Positions 54,598 to 64,000 of a stretch of DNA of 64,000 nt are shown here, piece by piece (the stretch's first letter is position 1; every line of letters starts with the position of its first letter). The position numbers were made by a program, and so were the translations under genes. Origin of the DNA: Nitrosopumilaceae archaeon (GTDB lineage: Archaea; Thermoproteota; Nitrososphaeria; Nitrososphaerales; Nitrosopumilaceae). The notes under the pieces were generated by a model, which saw only the letters and a list, made by a program, of their open reading frames with translations, was not told the origin of the DNA and did no database searches. The stretch spans positions 35,138-99,137 of the forward strand of contig CBDATR010000005.1 of the NCBI GenBank assembly GCA_965200155.1. The letters run 5' to 3'.

Positions 54598-54744
54598 GTA
54601 TGAGTTCACGTCTTCCGGAATCTTGTGCACAAAAGAACCGGTTCTGTATGAGTTCACGTCTTCCGGAATCTTGTGCACAAAAGAACCGGTTCTTTAACTG
54701 TCGCGATCAGTTGTGCGTAAATTTAGACACAGGTGAACTCATAC
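54598..54744 (+). mobile_element. MITE variant with 48-bp tandem duplication of its left end
   Basis: TIR starts at 54598 and 54646; TSD GAGAACCA. Confidence 0.9.
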
Positions 54745-55457
54745 GAGAACCAGCCTGACAGAATTACCAAGTTTGAATAATTCTCATACGTCATGCAGAA
54801 CCGTTCCCATTTCACACCAGTGGCCGCGGTCATGGGAAGAATAATTCCAAGATATCCCCGTCTATTACATGAATCACCCGGATCAGGGTTCAAGTTACAC
54901 ACCCAGCTTGAAAATCTGAATTACAAGTACATTCAATCGAAAGATCACGACTTTCTTTGGCATTACACGCTGACAACGCCAAATACATAGAACGTGGGAG
55001 AAACCTCCTAGTTCAGTACTACCCTGCATGGATCAAGATGAACCATGCCAAGGAGGGGCGCCCCCTTGCGCGGATGCTCTGAATTTCGTGTCCATAAACT
55101 TGGATCTCCATGACATTGGGAATGCTTCAGAATCAATCGTTCATCTACGTCACTAAGACGAATCCAGAATGGTGACCTGCTCGGATCCAGACAAGCTAAT
55201 GACTATGGTTCTGGACTCCCACAGTCCAATCGCGGCGAATAGATACAAAGACGCGTATTCATAAAAAACACACGTGCAAGAAATGCAGTCGTGGTTACGG
55301 ACGACAGTACCGGCGATGCAGAACCGCATGCTGAATCAAATATCTACAAACACAAGGATCAGGTGGAACTAATATCCGGAACCGGGGTTCCCCTATCCAG
55401 GTGAGTTGCGTAGACTAACGGTAATTGTTATTAACTCTACAAGGAACGTACTAAATT

Positions 55458-57158
55458 ATGGGAGGACGAGAAACCACAATACTATTTGGTATGGTTGCCA
55501 TAGCTGCCTTGGGAACGGTTATGACTGTATATGCTCAGGACACAATATCCGGACTTGAGGTAACCGGTACGTCCGATGGCGCCACCATGTCATGGGATAG
55601 ATATGATAGAATGGAAAATTACGTGGTTCGTGTTGATGATACACATGGCCAGCGAGTAATGGTGACACATACAAGCGGAATCTCATATACGATAACCGGC
55701 TTGGCGTCCGATACCTCATACCAGGTATCGGTCCGGCTCAAGGGTGACTCGTCGGTAAAATCAGATACGATAACCTTTACTACACTTTCTGATACCTCAT
55801 CCAAAATAAATGACGATGATAATACCTCTGCCAAGATAACATTGTATTCTCCTGAAGTCACCAGTGACGGTGCCTCCATATCCTGGGATAGATATGATAG
55901 AATGGATCGATATGTTATACGAGTCTTGGATAGTAACGGTGACAGAGTACAGGTCAAGCAGGCTACAGGAACCTCATACATTATAACCGGCCTGGAATCC
56001 AACACCTCATACCAGGTATCTGTCCGGCTCAAGGGTGACACTTCCGTACAATCTGATACAACAACCTTTACCACGCTTGGTACGGGTACAGGCAAGATAG
56101 CACTGAACACAATTAGATCCACCAGTGACGGTGCCTCCATATCCTGGGATAGATATGATAGAATGGATCGATATGTTATACGAGTCTTGGATAGTAACGG
56201 TGACAGAGTACAGGTCAAGCAGGCTACAGGAACCTCATACATTATAACCGGCCTGGAATCCAACACCTCATACCAGGTATCTGTCCGGCTCAAGGGTGAC
56301 ACTTCCGTACAATCTGATACAACAACCTTTACCACGCTTGGTACGGGTACAGGCAAGATAGCACTGAACACAATTAGATCCACCAGTGACGGTGCCTCCA
56401 TATCCTGGGATAGATATGATAGAATGGATCGATATGTTATACGAGTCTTGGATAGTAACGGTGACAGAGTACAGGTCAAGCAGGCTACAGGAACCTCATA
56501 CATTATAACCGGCCTGGAATCCAACACCTCATACCAGGTATCTGTCCGGCTCAAGGGTGACACTTCCGTACAATCTGATACAACAACCTTTAGGACTACA
56601 AAATCGGTCGGCGCACCCAAGTTCACCAGTTCCATAGGCAATATAACAATGGAAGAGGCCCAGGTCCGTATCATAACCTTGAATGCGACGGATCCCAATG
56701 GTGATTCCTTGGTATATAGAATCACAAACCAGGACGATTCCCCCACGCCCGTTGTTTTTTACATAGATGATGACAAGCTGTATCTTGTTGCTACCAGACA
56801 TGAATCTGGCACATACAAACTGCGTGTTACAGTGAGTGATGGAACGAATATAGACAAGGACGACTTTGTGCTTACCATAAATGATGGTGCCATTCCGCCT
56901 CCCTCCATTACTAGAATAACAGATACTACTATAACTATACAACTCCCCAGTGAGGACGACGACCCGCGTTGTGTAGCTGCCTATGCCATTTCCTATATTC
57001 CACCTAAGTTCGCGGTTGGTGTTCAGACAGAGTCCGGGGAGCCTATTACAATAACGGACCTAACACCTAGCACAGTTTATGATGTCACCGTATACAACAG
57101 ATGTCACAGTTATTATTTGAGCCACTTCACGTTTACGACAACGGATAATCCTTCCTAA
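55458..57158 (+). CDS. Secreted fibronectin type III repeat protein
   Basis: Signal peptide, four FN3 units, then cadherin-like and FN3 domains. Confidence 0.9.
   Translation: MGGRETTILFGMVAIAALGTVMTVYAQDTISGLEVTGTSDGATMSWDRYDRMENYVVRVDDTHGQRVMVTHTSGISYTITGLASDTSYQVSVRLKGDSSVKSDTITFTTLSDTSSKINDDDNTSAKITLYSPEVTSDGASISWDRYDRMDRYVIRVLDSNGDRVQVKQATGTSYIITGLESNTSYQVSVRLKGDTSVQSDTTTFTTLGTGTGKIALNTIRSTSDGASISWDRYDRMDRYVIRVLDSNGDRVQVKQATGTSYIITGLESNTSYQVSVRLKGDTSVQSDTTTFTTLGTGTGKIALNTIRSTSDGASISWDRYDRMDRYVIRVLDSNGDRVQVKQATGTSYIITGLESNTSYQVSVRLKGDTSVQSDTTTFRTTKSVGAPKFTSSIGNITMEEAQVRIITLNATDPNGDSLVYRITNQDDSPTPVVFYIDDDKLYLVATRHESGTYKLRVTVSDGTNIDKDDFVLTINDGAIPPPSITRITDTTITIQLPSEDDDPRCVAAYAISYIPPKFAVGVQTESGEPITITDLTPSTVYDVTVYNRCHSYYLSHFTFTTTDNPS
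55859..56591. repeat. 261-bp near-perfect intragenic tandem repeat (~3 copies)
   Basis: CCAGTGACGGTGCCTCCATA at 55861, 56122, 56383. Confidence 0.93.
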
Positions 57159-57419
57159 CACATATCTGTGGAGTACAAAAAAGGCTATCTGTAGGCGGAG
57201 ACTTATGAATATCGTCCTGTCCTAGTTGTATCATTATGGGTCGCTAGTGGGGTCTCCTGTATGGTCCATTTTCAGTATCTTGCATTGTAACCGTTAAGGT
57301 TAGGTACAGGATATGCATTAACGTTGGTAATACTATCCCGGATGGAGTAGTCCGTATTCCAAAGAGAGTTGCATTCACACCGTACCCATTTACGCTGTTC
57401 TGACTGTATGATATGTAAG

Positions 57420-58195
57420 CAGGTGGCCAGCCATCCTATTATCATGGTTATCGTATCCAACAGCCTTATGTTGAGCCGTCCGGTAAACTCGTTCATCGAT
57501 GTATTGCGTAAACATGATAGAAGACGCCGTAAACCCCCGTTTTAGTAAAATTTCAGAACGACTCGAATCAATGGTGTAACATATGGCGGACATATTCCCC
57601 AGCGCTATGCTTCACGCTCATGATTTTTCAATGACTTGTAAGCCGTGTTTTCGTCAGTGCATTTGGTGGTATATGCCTAGGCATTCTCTTATCAAGGCGG
57701 GCCGCAGTCGTTTTCGGGAGCGGTTTGGCGTGTATTGTTCCAGTCTTTTATGCCGACAACCGCGGTTTTGTTCGCGGTTCCCTTCCTCATCTCCTTGCCG
57801 CCGATGTACATCTCGTCCATCCATCTTGTAATCTGGACTGACTAGCGTTCTTCATTACTCCCTCAAACGATGTACTAGGAACCACGCCGATTTCTGTGTG
57901 ATGCCCAAGTCGCGGTACAGTTTCATACCGGAGACGACTTTCAGGTTTGTGGCTAACAGGCATGTTACTATCGACCAATTCTGGTTGGACTTTTTTTTAA
58001 GAGTCCCCTGGTAACTAATTTTGGACTGCTGCATAATGGTCCCGTACTTGACGCTAAAGAACCGGTTGCATTCTATGCATCGATGTGGCATCTTTTTGTG
58101 AGCGGACTCGCAAGTCGTGCTAGAGCCGCAGTGGGGGCATTTGCTTCCGTCCTTCCAGATTTTCGACTCAAACCATTTCGTCATCCGGGAACATG
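57420..58195 (-). pseudogene. IS1595-family transposase remnant
   Basis: CPHCGS..CIEC..FSVKYGT zinc ribbon, LGITQKSAW, MDEMYIGG, EFTGRLN. Confidence 0.85.
57986..58007 (-). mobile_element. 22-bp micro-hairpin insertion
   Basis: TGGACTTTTTTTTAAGAGTCCC flanked by CTGGT/CTGGT; adds 9 codons in frame to the IS1595 ORF. Confidence 0.88.
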
Positions 58196-58967
58196 CAGAA
58201 TAATTCTCCTATTACCTGTTACATAGTATATCAAGGTAATCCATGCATATGGTTCTCGAAAATTCATACACCGAATTTAATCCATGCAGATGATTCCTGG
58301 TATACAAGAACAGGATGGCAATAATTCAGGTCATGCCGGGAGTGTGTGTTTGTCTATATCCACAGGGCGGCTAGCGAGAATACAATTGATGATACGAGTG
58401 TATGGTGGAATATTCCAATGTATCTTGTGAACCCAAAAACTATGGCTGGGAAAATATGCCATACATGAAATGGCGACCGTGATGAGCAAACCAAAGTAAA
58501 ATAATATCGGCTCTAGAGTCACAAGGTATGGGTGGACTAGTCTTGGAAAGTTCGTTTCCTCGCAATGAAGGGGAACTCTGGCATTGCCATCTTGCAAGAG
58601 TATGGGAGTATATTCTGGCTGGTGACGCGTATTGCGTGCAATGTATCTACAACATGTCTACTACACTTTACAGCGATATACTTTTACCAATGGATGGCGT
58701 AGGTTGGCATGCCCAGAGACGCCATATATTTGGGTATGGCAAAAGAGATGCCCCAAAGGTTACAGTATCTTACCAATCGGTGTATTATACACTGCCCGTC
58801 TGTAGCATAGTCATTACCATAATTACTACCCATGATATAGTTGCATATTCATCAATTCATGGCATTTCATCATATACTAGAGGCGGGTCTTGTCTGAGAC
58901 CAAACTGCTGGTGTACTTACCATAAGGTCATACACATGTCGGCGCAGGGTAGATGGGGCAGTGTATC

Positions 58968-60341
58968 ATGATCATACAAGATACATTAAGCCGGGAGGAA
59001 AAGGTACTGTCGCAGAATACTGTGGGGATATACCTTTGCGGTGTAACAGTTTATGATGATTCGCACATAGGTCATGCCCGGACCATTATAGTCTTTGATG
59101 TTCTGCGTCGGTACTTGGAGCATATGGGTCATGCCGTACGTATGATACAGAATTTCACCGACGTGGATGACAAAATCATACAGCGGGCTGCCACGGAAGG
59201 GGCAGAACCCCTTGAGCTGAGCGCCCGGTATATCAACCGGTATCATCAGGACTTTGACGCCCTCAACGTCTTGCGGGCTACCGCCTACCCGCAAGCATCT
59301 GAGCACATAACGCAGATAATCTCGCTTATATCGGAGCTTATAAAGTCGGGTCACGCATATGATGCTAGTTCCGGTGTATACTACTCGGTGGGTTCATTTC
59401 CCCAGTATGGCGTACTGTCTAAGAAGGATATGACCCAGATGCTGGCAGGTTCCCGGGTAGATCTGGAGCATGACAAAAAAGACCCCGCAGACTTTGCTCT
59501 ATGGAAAAAAACCGGAGAACCTCCATTTTGGGATAGTCCGTGGGGGACGGGACGTCCCGGATGGCATATAGAGTGCTCTGCCATGAGCCTTCAATACTTG
59601 GGCAAGCAGTTTGAGATACATGGCGGTGGGAGGGATCTAATATTCCCGCACCATGAGAACGAGATAGCCCAGAATCATGGCTACTCTGGACTTCAGCCCG
59701 CCCATGTCTGGATGCACACGGGAATGGTTACGATATCGGGCCAAAAGATGTCAAAGTCGCTGGGCAATGTCAAGACAGTTAGGACACTATTGTATATGTG
59801 GGGTCCCAACGTACTCCGTCTCTTCTGCCTGTCGGGTCAGTACCAAAAGCCAATAGACTATACCCCTGAATTGCTAACGGAGTCTCTGGCATTGTGGAGG
59901 CGCCTGGAGACGTGCTACCATACACTGGAGCAGACCATTCCAGGAGATGCTGACGGGGATGAAATCTGGCTGGACACATTTGAGAGGCGCCTCTCTGAGG
60001 ACTTGAATACCCATGGCGCCATAGCGACAATGATGGAGATGGCCCGGGAAGTGGGTGAGCGGGCCGCCCGAAAACAGCTGGACGGGGGCATCGCGGCGTC
60101 TTTGCATAAACAGTTACAAAAAATGCTGGGTATTCTTGGATTAGTTGTGGCCCCAATTCCAGACATGGCTAACATGATGAATATGGTTAAGCAGAGAGAG
60201 GAATGCCGCCGGGCTCGAGACTATTCCAGCGCCGACTCCATCCGGGACAAACTAAGGCATGCCAACGTGGAGCTGCTGGATTACCGGGGTCGCACACTGT
60301 TGGTATACCATGAGCCCATACCCGGCGAGAATGCTGTCTGA
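58968..60341 (+). CDS. cysS: Cysteine-tRNA ligase
   Basis: CGVTVY..HIGH, PGWHIECS, FPHHENE, KMSKS. Confidence 0.97.
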   Translation: MIIQDTLSREEKVLSQNTVGIYLCGVTVYDDSHIGHARTIIVFDVLRRYLEHMGHAVRMIQNFTDVDDKIIQRAATEGAEPLELSARYINRYHQDFDALNVLRATAYPQASEHITQIISLISELIKSGHAYDASSGVYYSVGSFPQYGVLSKKDMTQMLAGSRVDLEHDKKDPADFALWKKTGEPPFWDSPWGTGRPGWHIECSAMSLQYLGKQFEIHGGGRDLIFPHHENEIAQNHGYSGLQPAHVWMHTGMVTISGQKMSKSLGNVKTVRTLLYMWGPNVLRLFCLSGQYQKPIDYTPELLTESLALWRRLETCYHTLEQTIPGDADGDEIWLDTFERRLSEDLNTHGAIATMMEMAREVGERAARKQLDGGIAASLHKQLQKMLGILGLVVAPIPDMANMMNMVKQREECRRARDYSSADSIRDKLRHANVELLDYRGRTLLVYHEPIPGENAV

Positions 60342-60524
60342 GTGTGAACGCAAACCCCATTGCCCTGCTCTGGTCAACTGAAGCTGGCATAGCTTGTTGA
60401 CAGAATATCCCCCAACTCCAGAAAAACACTGTATACATTTTGGCACTTCCGCACTATTGTACATATAGCGGTCACCATAAGTCTTTGAGAACATGGCACC
60501 TCGTTCCTAGACAGTACATGGCTT

Positions 60525-60616
60525 GTATGAGTTCACGTCTTCCGGAATCTTGTGCACAAATCACATTAACTGTCGCGATCAGTTGTGCGTAAATTTAGAC
60601 ACAGGTGAACTCATAC
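60525..60616 (+). mobile_element. 92-bp MITE
   Basis: TIRs; TSD CATGGCTT. Confidence 0.95.
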
Positions 60617-61296
60617 CATGGCTTTGGATTGTCACCATTATTCCCGCCCTGACGCCTCCGGACGACACGCTCTGCCGCCCCATACAGGGAAACCAGTTAC
60701 TAAACGCCGCGTTGATATCGGCGTGAAATTCCTGGTTACATATTGAAAGTGTCACTAGTTGATCGTGATTTGTCGTCAACGTGTCCACACACGTGACGGG
60801 TCTGGCTTGTGTATTTCGCCGGCACAGCCGCAAATTCAATCCCCAGTGCCTCGCACTTTTGTACTACTTTCCGGCGGAACTCGCCTACCCGGTTCTCGCG
60901 CATGGAGCGGTTCATTGTTATTTTGTGGTTCCCGCCATTACTGGTCATTGATATCGGCGATAAATCATCTAGTACTACCTTGCCCACACCTTTGGTGACC
61001 GCGTGGACTATTCTATTCGTGGAGTCGTTCGCAATGTTGTTGGCTTTCTGTCGTAATTGAGTGACTTGTTTCTCGATCTTTCGCTTCCTGCGCTTACCTT
61101 TTCGCGTTCTAATACTCTGGAGTGAGATAATCTCCCGCAATATGGAACGATGTATCATGTTATGAATAATCGTTCTACCATTCGTGTAAGCTGTTACAGC
61201 TAGATGTTTCCCGCCGACATCCACGCCGCGAACAACGCTGGTTGGTACATGTTTTGGTGGTTTCTCCCGTATATTGATGTGAATCTCGAATTGACG

Positions 61297-61409
61297 CTCC
61301 CTACTATTGGTTACTCGTTCCACTATCTTGAATGTACCTTGTCAAATACAAAGAATTCTACCTCAGGACCCCTCCCTACTATTGGTTACTCGTTCCACTA
61401 TCTTGAATG
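61297..61409. repeat. Repeat-spacer-repeat: 38-bp duplication around a 37-bp insert
   Basis: CTCCCTACTATTGGTTACTCGTTCCACTATCTTGAATG twice. Confidence 0.92.
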
Positions 61410-61637
61410 AGTGCATGTCCAAGGAACGATCGATTATTTTGGTTGTTCTCACCATACCAATACCCGGCAGGTATAGTTCGCGAGAACCGCGCCTTATCGG
61501 CGGACTCACACATTACTCTATCATTGTCACGCCGGTGTGGTATGTAATTAGAATGATCCTCGTACGCCCGCCTGCACGCGACAGACGCCTGTAATATGGC
61601 ACTTCGGCCATAGTTAGAGGGTAACTCGCGCACCCAC

Positions 61638-61747
61638 TCCAGATCAGGGCGCCACTTTGTCAATTCCAGGAACAAATATTCCGGTACACCAGCGGCCTGA
61701 ACGGCTCTATCCAGATCAGGGCGCCACTTTGTCAATTCCAGGAACAA
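61638..61747. repeat. Repeat-spacer-repeat: 38-bp duplication around a 34-bp insert
   Basis: TCCAGATCAGGGCGCCACTTTGTCAATTCCAGGAACAA twice. Confidence 0.92.
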
Positions 61748-62237
61748 GCCATTCTTGTTGGACTGGTAAATCGTCCCCTGATAGCCGTTCTAGAATGCGG
61801 TAGCTGATTCACGTATAATGAATCACAGACCATATGATGACTTGGCGGACTCGTTCTTATTCTTGACCTTGGCCGGATCATGCTTCAATTCAAGAGTGGT
61901 TCCGGGTATGTAACAACCACCCAGCGTGATCTCGGACACCGCCCTGTCATATACGTAATCGGATGTGTGTCCAAATATCTTGGCGCGCCGGGAGAATTCA
62001 CTATTATTTTTCAACAGTATAACGACAGTCCGAATTATGTCCTCCATCATATGGTGGTTCTATAAAAGTACGGTCCTATACCTGGCAAAGACTTATGGTG
62101 GGCGCTATACGAGGCAGGGATTGCGTACGACAAATGTAGAATCTGATAGTTGTTATATCATACCCGTCACCCATTTCCTGGCCTTTGGGCTTGATGCATT
62201 GACGGCGCAATACTTCCCTGAAAGGCAGGTCACGCCA

Positions 62238-63143
62238 TTATAGGGATTTCTTGATTCGGTCCATGATCATTTTTCTTTGTCGTTCTCTTATGGCCTGCCT
62301 TGTCTCTTTGGGATGCAGTGAGTAGTAACCGGTCTCATTCGGCCTATACATAACATAAGCCCACAGCATATTCAATACGCCTCTCTTGCTTATTCCCGAC
62401 CTGTGCAGTAATAAACTGGCACACCGATAAAGCACAAATAATGGATGATAGTCCATGGCTCGCATTGCCTGGCCCCACTCATAAAAGCCGTGGCTGTGGC
62501 CAAGCTGGTCTATATGTTCGTACGTGATGTCGTTCCAGACTTTAACTGAATAACCCCCGTCAAGCGCCCTGTGAATTATTACTGACTCGTACCCGACTAT
62601 TTCTGGACATTTCTCAAAATTCTCAAAAAACCACTCCTGTTTCACGACTCTTCCCGCCCCGTGTGGTGACATTGATTCTGTATCACCGTGATTCCCGCTT
62701 GCTATCACGATTCTTGGGTTCTTTTCCATGCGCTCAATGATTCGTTCCGTATAATTATGCCCCAGTATGGAATCCCCACTAACAATCAGGTGATACCCGA
62801 ATGATTTGTCCCAGCACATGTTCCACAATCTGGGTAATCTGGAATAATCACGTGTCTTGCTACCCGTTTGTATGACTTGAATGATATCCGGGTAACTCGT
62901 TCTGAACGATTCCAGTATCTCGCCTGTTCCATCGGTTGAGCCATCCTCAACAACAATGATCTTGCCCGGCTTTAGAGTCTGGTTCACCAGACTGTCCATT
63001 ACCATTCCAATAGTTCTCTTGCAATCCCGGACTGGTAGTATACAGTAGTAACCCCTCCCCCCCGTCATGGGATATCGGCACCGTAGTTCCTTAAAATGTA
63101 TTGTAATGGATTTTGCTCCTGATTCATTCGTGCGATAATCCAT
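62238..63143 (-). CDS. Glycosyltransferase family 2
   Basis: ILPVRD, IIVVEDGSTDGT; true start may be ATG 63068. Confidence 0.88.
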   Translation of the reverse strand: MDYRTNESGAKSITIHFKELRCRYPMTGGRGYYCILPVRDCKRTIGMVMDSLVNQTLKPGKIIVVEDGSTDGTGEILESFRTSYPDIIQVIQTGSKTRDYSRLPRLWNMCWDKSFGYHLIVSGDSILGHNYTERIIERMEKNPRIVIASGNHGDTESMSPHGAGRVVKQEWFFENFEKCPEIVGYESVIIHRALDGGYSVKVWNDITYEHIDQLGHSHGFYEWGQAMRAMDYHPLFVLYRCASLLLHRSGISKRGVLNMLWAYVMYRPNETGYYSLHPKETRQAIRERQRKMIMDRIKKSL

Positions 63144-63253
63144 GATATAAGACCGCGCCTTCCCTAATCACGCGATCCGTAGTGCGTGAATTTAGACTTC
63201 GGTGAACTTGTACAATTTTCGCATACTGCAAAATATTGTTCCCACAGTGTATG

Positions 63254-64000
63254 TCATTTAGTAGATGGCCGTGCCATATCTCGCAATATGCGGGGCAGTC
63301 TGGCCAGGTCGTAATTGGCAGGCAACCCGTACCGGTCATCCCCATATCCTTCACGAAAGGCATATCCGCCCAGAATAACAGGAACCCCACATCTGTCCGA
63401 TAATTTATCTGCCAACCGCCTTGCCGAGGAGCGATTGTCATCTAAGGAGGTAGATATCATGACCACATGTGGCTTGTGTCTGCTTACAAAGGAGAGTATA
63501 TCACTTGTAGGTGCAGGACCTGCCAGATTGTATACTGTAAAGCCGTGACCTGATAGATACAACTCCATAACGTCACAACCCATACGGTGCTTCTCGCCGG
63601 GCGGAATACATAACAGAATTTTAATCCGGGTGGCTTTCTTGGAGTTGTCTTTCATGAGCATCTTGATCATACTTAGTGCAGTGTTGCTGGCAATGTGCTC
63701 GGTTGCTATATCTATCTGACCATCTTCCCACTCCTGGCCTATACGATGCAATACCGGCCGCAATATCAATTCAAAGAATTCAGCATTACGCCTCAAGGAC
63801 TTTACCACCTGCTCATATATTTTCATGACACCGTCCAGATCACCGTGTGTCAGGGAGTTGTATGCAGCATCCCGCGTATCGCCGGTCACATGAGACCGGC
63901 TTCCGCTCTTGGAGCCAAAAAAGTTCACTATATGCTCGTTTCTGTACTCCTCCGGCACATCCTGTAGTGTGACTCCGGAGGCGTTGCCCAGATATTTTAC
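63254..64000 (-). CDS. Cobalamin-binding domain protein (5' end beyond window)
   Basis: W-x9-EH and GEKHRMG motifs; frame open to the window edge. Confidence 0.88.
   Translation of the reverse strand, partial: VKYLGNASGVTLQDVPEEYRNEHIVNFFGSKSGSRSHVTGDTRDAAYNSLTHGDLDGVMKIYEQVVKSLRRNAEFFELILRPVLHRIGQEWEDGQIDIATEHIASNTALSMIKMLMKDNSKKATRIKILLCIPPGEKHRMGCDVMELYLSGHGFTVYNLAGPAPTSDILSFVSRHKPHVVMISTSLDDNRSSARRLADKLSDRCGVPVILGGYAFREGYGDDRYGLPANYDLARLPRILRDMARPSTK

Larger units (their letters stand above)
60464..62109 (-). mobile_element. tnpB: TIR-flanked tnpB element, pseudogenised (T3)
   Basis: RGVDVG, VPAKYTSQ..CGH, HADINAA; 24-bp TIRs matching 22/24, both with terminal TATA. Confidence 0.88.

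Noticed and set aside
55212-55228. TGGACTCCCACAGTCCA hairpin
   Set aside because: Lacks the GGG start and flanking duplication, so not counted as a micro-hairpin element
54760-55400. Possible decayed transposase (NIYKHKDQVE, Y-x2-R-x3-E-like)
   Set aside because: Single weak motif, no ends identifiable
55619-56746. 375-aa antisense ORF, and the many other shadow ORFs over core genes
   Set aside because: Mirror of real genes or repeats; no independent motifs
58331-58971. ORFs upstream of cysS
   Set aside because: No recognisable domains; composition not gene-like
60523-60726. Recurrent peptide YEFTSSGILCTNHINCRDQLCVNLDTGELI in several ORFs
   Set aside because: Translation of the 92-bp MITE, not a protein family

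Overview
64-kb chromosomal segment from an ammonia-oxidising archaeon (Nitrososphaerota, Nitrosopumilaceae-like: fused rpoA, PEFG-CTERM protein, IPxWIK-repeat DsbA, nadX/nadA, archaeal cobT). The density of dead mobile elements and FN3 surface proteins suggests a host-associated (e.g. sponge) lineage (inference). The core genes are ordinary: hemB, glmS, rps4/13/2/8e/7/12, rpl30e, rpoN/H/B/A, nusA, eno, scpA, uppS, cysS, tRNA-Leu(GAG) and an intron-containing tRNA-Gln(CTG). Intergenic DNA is full of nested mobile remnants: 14 loci of a 92-bp IS66-derived MITE, 2 copies of a ~248-bp IS1595-like MITE, 4 dead IS481 copies, IS5/IS66/IS1595 pseudogenes and 4 tnpB-derived elements with terminal inverted repeats. 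The most unusual signals are: (1) four isolated repeat-spacer-repeat insertions (36-38 bp local duplication around a 34-39 bp foreign piece, one encoding a glnA peptide) resembling ectopic CRISPR-type spacer integration; (2) 19-36 bp GGG...CCA micro-hairpins inserted with 5-bp AYNAG-like duplications; (3) TIR/TA-flanked TnpB elements; (4) a G12 tract frameshifting the signal peptide of an FN3 surface protein; (5) AACCGGTT-centred palindromic filler replacing short segments of repeats; (6) an inversion that, when undone, restores two TSD pairs. All coordinates and alignments were read by eye; no database searches were run.
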